DNA from: an uncultured Bacteroidales bacterium
Lineage (GTDB): Bacteria > Bacteroidota > Bacteroidia > Bacteroidales > UBA7960
NCBI GenBank assembly: GCA_964387795.1
Contig: CAYLYP010000009.1
Span: 998 to 64,997 of the forward strand
Reading direction: 5' to 3'
Length of the DNA stretch: 64,000 bases
The notes beneath the pieces are model-generated. The model was not told the origin of the DNA, searched no databases, and was given only the letters and a program-made list of their open reading frames with translations. Shown here one piece after another: positions 61,601-64,000 of the stretch. Numbering within the stretch: position 1 is the first letter of the stretch; the number at the start of each line of letters is the position of its first letter. The translations under genes and the position numbers were made by a program.

Positions 61601-62176
61601 TTCATTTTCAACAATTACGTTGTTTGTTGATGAGAATTGTAAATAAACCAATTCTGTAATATTCCCTTCATTAATAATTTTAAAAGAGATGTTGCTTTCT
61701 CCACTTTGTTGATCAAAATAAGACATCCTCGATATCGGCCTGAAAGACAACTTTGATAATCGAGGAACCTTAACAAAGCAATATGCATTGCAAATATTCT
61801 CGCCATCCCTTGAATTTATGGCAGCAATGATTGAATATCCTATCTCCCCTTCTACGCCCTTTGAGGTTGCTGCCCTGACAGGAATTAAAACCGAGTCACC
61901 CGGATTGATAAGATAAGACCTTGATTCATCTGCAATTGTTGACCAACCTATTGGAACGCTTAGCTCTACCAAAACCTCCTGCCGTTCGTTACCTTGATTA
62001 TTAATTATTAATACATTAAAGAATGTAGCATCTGTTTTTATTATAAGGCTTTCTTTTCTAAATCTGGCAGATATTTTTCTTTCATTTCCATTTGTTCCAA
62101 TAGAGGCCTGAGAAAATCCACTCAGGTAAGTTGCAATAAAACAAGCAATTAATAAATATCTCTTAACAAATCTCAT
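58616..62176 (-). CDS. 1186-aa envelope protein (P3): signal peptide, two Ig-like (NEW3/CARDB-like) domains, a predicted beta-barrel region, CarboxypepD_reg-like domains and an OmpA peptidoglycan-binding domain
   Basis: The OmpA_C signature is clear (KIQIAGHSDAVETIDNKGLSVDRANQIMRYM…NRRVEIIVI). The N-terminus has VLVELSVPIGWS…INPGDSVLIPVRA. The middle ~450 aa are rich in Y/G/N/R with alternating hydrophobicity. Confidence 0.85.
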   Translation of the reverse strand: MRFVKRYLLIACFIATYLSGFSQASIGTNGNERKISARFRKESLIIKTDATFFNVLIINNQGNERQEVLVELSVPIGWSTIADESRSYLINPGDSVLIPVRAATSKGVEGEIGYSIIAAINSRDGENICNAYCFVKVPRLSKLSFRPISRMSYFDQQSGESNISFKIINEGNITELVYLQFSSTNNVIVENEKENVMLMNVIIPAKSDTTIKIPVKLITDYNVENRSLYRVDLLGTTQETEFGSSFWFNHLTNHYKYNIPISEKMLVVDLAAQNIFSKQKAYYTGGVEGIVLFPKNRDVFFYFRKYGDKTMEDVYRQSRMRIGYNSPSFRLVLGDVRGIGFKYGLGRGIETSYLFKNNYRISIAGGKNTFRPIMSVGGEFSETVSPFRISARYGYSRNDSLRNKSHLAGIKGVISVGQNQRMMVDLGLSEVDYELLDNPLLGYGLYLDYNGKFRNFNVRAREQLGSINYYGINSGRHDFSGTINTYDKNNLFYELSVYNRNYKPVIETNTGISANKYHQNSLAGLTVRKNINGNMWLYGGPIYERKTTNSYYYFDGENPFSSHSAKINLGLKITESHNMFFNPSLTLGYSFIDGYSIPEDIVQNEVAIRNSMRSKSMFNSLFSINIRRNFWGIYFNYFYGPYSINQEISQLYFNYGAQSVRVMPYFEKFIFKDIVRFSSKLNFLHDFSFKTTRFNLNNQLDVFLNYGITASFLNTLSYQVTTDLITENKYKYSNTYFEARVQKTFDWNQPRIKYHDLKVELFKDLNGNLSHEYNEPGVRDILVSIESIDPSKLDEEEKSYDNKAALITNKLLSGPDGIVSYENLAEGFYRISIESIGNDQGKFMPEKSEIFVHHKNDHTEYMPFLERNKVYGQLVLNRSKLSNIGTIEVGNIKITAIDSKGRATSTLTDSKGYWEMYVPSVDNYIVSINNIFTEHFHLRQNNYRVNLNGFKQFEVNFIFDEIRRQIEFAPGFNELQAEIRRLGRTNLSGTVKDANTLQPIRAQIEIFDQTRNSLIERTASDRTTGKYSTSFTTSPNYTIVVSAQGYWSFSDKLILEQLLTIQDAEKDILLESIVVGSRFELKTLKFASGSADIPDEAYPELDRIINQLRQNPNVKIQIAGHSDAVETIDNKGLSVDRANQIMRYMMQKGFSNIESVGFEDIRPIAPNDSPENRQKNRRVEIIVIDR

Positions 62177-62191
62177 TTTTTCTATTACCCA

Positions 62192-62707
62192 TTAAGGACT
62201 TGGCCTGACTTCAAACACCAATATCAGGTTATAATAATCAGGTGGATTGCCAATTAACTCCTTGTTTGTTCCACAACGATAACTAACTTTTATTTTATGG
62301 GTTCCATAATCGGCATTTGATAATAAACGTTTTGCCTGGGATTCACCAAATCCCGGAAATTGAGAAGGATCAATGGCTCCACCGGCTGTGCTTTCAACCA
62401 CTTCCACTTCAAGATAGTCAAGATCAAGCTGATGGTAATCGCCCTGAAAGTAATCATCTTCTGCCCAGAAATACAAATCCCATTTTTTATTGAAATCAGC
62501 TGAGTCAACAAAAAAAACATCAAAGCTGGTCCAACCTTCATATTTAATCCCATCGTGATAGTGTTTCATGCTACTCACCACAAAGGGGACACTTCCACCG
62601 CTGACTGGCCTGAAACGGATATAAACCTCCTTGCTGCTTTGTGCAAAACAGCATATCGAAACAATACTCAACCAAAGAAAAATAAAAACTCTCCCCAACA
62701 AGGACAT
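62192..62707 (-). CDS. secreted beta-rich protein (P2), paralogue of P1
   Basis: Signal peptide MSLLGRVFIFLWLSIVSICCFAQS. Motifs shared with P1: VSGG[NS]xxF, [IV]x[WY]xCGT[TN], D[RY]Y…L.[LF]…P. Confidence 0.65.
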   Translation of the reverse strand: MSLLGRVFIFLWLSIVSICCFAQSSKEVYIRFRPVSGGSVPFVVSSMKHYHDGIKYEGWTSFDVFFVDSADFNKKWDLYFWAEDDYFQGDYHQLDLDYLEVEVVESTAGGAIDPSQFPGFGESQAKRLLSNADYGTHKIKVSYRCGTNKELIGNPPDYYNLILVFEVRPSP

Positions 62708-62798
62708 GTTTAATTGTTTAATACATGAAACGAACATGTTTGCAAATTTAATACTATGGCTTCAACAAGCTCAGCCACCTTAACACTTACAAGCTCTG

Positions 62799-62831
62799 GA
62801 AAGGCGACTGAGCCTCTCGAAGTCACCTTTC
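62799..62831 (-). other. 11-bp stem hairpin (one mismatch) in the P1-P2 spacer
   Basis: GAAAGGCGACT-gagcctctcga-AGTCACCTTTC. No U-tract. Confidence 0.4.
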
Positions 62832-62850
62832 TGAATAGCAAACATGGAGT

Positions 62851-62889
62851 TTCATCCGACCATTAACAAAAATTTTTTTTACGGATGAA
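62851..62889 (-). other. 8-bp stem hairpin just downstream of the P1 stop
   Basis: TTCATCCG … CGGATGAA with a 23-nt A/T-rich loop. Confidence 0.4.
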
Positions 62890-62954
62890 AATTAAGAGTA
62901 AACAATAATATGGGGCTGGAGAAGCCCCAAACCCCATATTTTAAATTTTCTTGA

Positions 62955-63569
62955 TCAGGGAGTAACAGGTGAAAGGATGAGAAAGATATTGGTAGCATAT
63001 CTGTCAGCAGCAGCTTGTTGTTCCAATATTGAAGTTGCTGCCATTGTCCCACCAGCAGGTGTAGTGCCGCATTCCCAATGAATGGTAAAATTATTTGTTT
63101 CAACGCCACCGGCATTACTTGTTGTTCCATTATATCCAACCAGTATAGTGCCAGGAATGTTGTTTAATCCAAGGGGAGCAGTTGGGTCATCAGCTGGGAT
63201 ATCATAATTGGCAGCAGCAGTAACAGAGGTTACATGATAGCCAATATTGTTTAATGCCAAAGTATTAGGAGTACCAGCATTATCAGTACCAACAAGGGTA
63301 GCATCCTCAGTATACATTTCTACATTCCAGTCAACGGATGATGCAACAGTAAAGACTGTATTGTAATTAGAAGAGTTGGAAATTCCATTCTGGTAATCAG
63401 AGAGGGTGTTAAAGTTAAATTCAATATTTCCTCCCGATACCACATTTAAGCGAAGTATTGAGTTAAGGGTAACAGATACAGGGATTACTGCACGGTCATC
63501 AATCCCCTGGGCAAATGATGTGTTGGCATACATTAAGATACCAAGCAAAGGTAGAATTAAACGTTTCAT
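62955..63569 (-). CDS. secreted beta-rich protein (P1), candidate major subunit
   Basis: Signal peptide MKRLILPLLGILMYANTSFAQG from the internal ATG (63569). The mature part is rich in N/T/S/G/V and ends in …DRYATNIFLILSPVTP. Confidence 0.7.
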   Translation of the reverse strand: MKRLILPLLGILMYANTSFAQGIDDRAVIPVSVTLNSILRLNVVSGGNIEFNFNTLSDYQNGISNSSNYNTVFTVASSVDWNVEMYTEDATLVGTDNAGTPNTLALNNIGYHVTSVTAAANYDIPADDPTAPLGLNNIPGTILVGYNGTTSNAGGVETNNFTIHWECGTTPAGGTMAATSILEQQAAADRYATNIFLILSPVTP

Positions 63570-63756
63570 TTTTTTGATTTTGTTAAACTGGTTTGAAATA
63601 TCCATTAAAAAAAAGACAATTATCTCTTTCTTCAAGTAAAATTGGGTCTAATTTAAGGATTTTAAAATTATTTGGCACATATTTTTTTACATCTATCAAA
63701 AAACAGGAGAAAATACATTGTTTAACCGGTAGTTTTACACGAATTTCCAGTGGAAA

Positions 63757-64000
63757 TCACCAATTATCCCCTATTTTAAATCCGATTATGAGCACATCAT
63801 CGATTTGGTTTTCCTTTGCTTCCATCCAGCTAAACAAGGTTTCCTTAAGGATTTTTTCCTGTTCGTCTGCTGGAAGCTGATGGATTTTTAACAATAGGTC
63901 TTTGAGGTTCTTCAAAAGGAATTTCTTTTGATTTTCTCCCCCAAACTGGTCAATATATCCATCAGAAAAAATATAAAACCAGGTTGGTTTGTCAACCTGT
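63757..64000 (-). CDS. C-terminal end of a SpoIIE/PP2C-type serine phosphatase; 5' part lies outside the window
   Basis: Absent from the ORF track. The reverse complement in frame from 63999 reads QVDKPTWFYIFSDGYIDQFGGENQKKF…ENQIDDVLIIGFKIGDNW*, with the stop at 63757..63759. The pattern F.FSDGY.DQFGG…Q.DD.L.IG.K is the typical SpoIIE-domain C-terminus. Confidence 0.7.
   Translation of the reverse strand, partial: QVDKPTWFYIFSDGYIDQFGGENQKKFLLKNLKDLLLKIHQLPADEQEKILKETLFSWMEAKENQIDDVLIIGFKIGDNW

Noticed and set aside
63593-63880. 95-aa plus-strand ORF at the right edge
   Set aside because: It lies antisense to a frame with an unmistakable SpoIIE/PP2C C-terminal pattern (63757..64000, minus strand).

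Overview
The window looks like a low-GC Bacteroidota chromosomal segment. That assignment is inferred from T9SS C-terminal sorting domains, DUF4837/DUF4292-like lipoproteins, a dut-TPR-DUF4292-EnvC block, a sigma-54 activator-lptE-secG block and the GroEL sequence. I can support about 57 protein-coding genes, 2 tRNAs (Arg-CCG, Asn-GTT) and several intrinsic terminators. I saw no rRNA, CRISPR array, transposase or integrase.

Most of the window is housekeeping: corA, two-component systems, mltD-like, tatA, envC-like, dut, leuS, a cyclophilin PPIase, groES/groEL, secG, lptE, an LD-carboxypeptidase, and a TetR-regulated ABC exporter.

Features worth a second look:
1. A four-gene envelope locus (58216..63569). 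It encodes two paralogous secreted beta-rich proteins, a 1186-aa Ig-like/beta-barrel/OmpA protein and a small lipoprotein. I do not recognise it as any characterised system.
2. A 147-bp inverted-repeat pair with a 65-bp perfectly identical core (1296..1442 and 45637..45783). Both copies sit in unusually long ORF-free regions and bracket 44 kb of housekeeping genes.
3. A 38-bp perfect palindrome that appears inserted into one repeat copy.
4. A MITE-like repeat family with TA-flanked terminal inverted repeats in at least five intergenic regions. One copy carries a nested 89-bp insertion.
5. Two inverted paralogous two-gene cassettes: a small T9SS-CTD protein followed by a 'YQAV...SVPYAxHA' module protein.
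6. A candidate sigma-54 promoter and several structured intergenic elements.

All family assignments come from motif recognition by eye. No searches were run.
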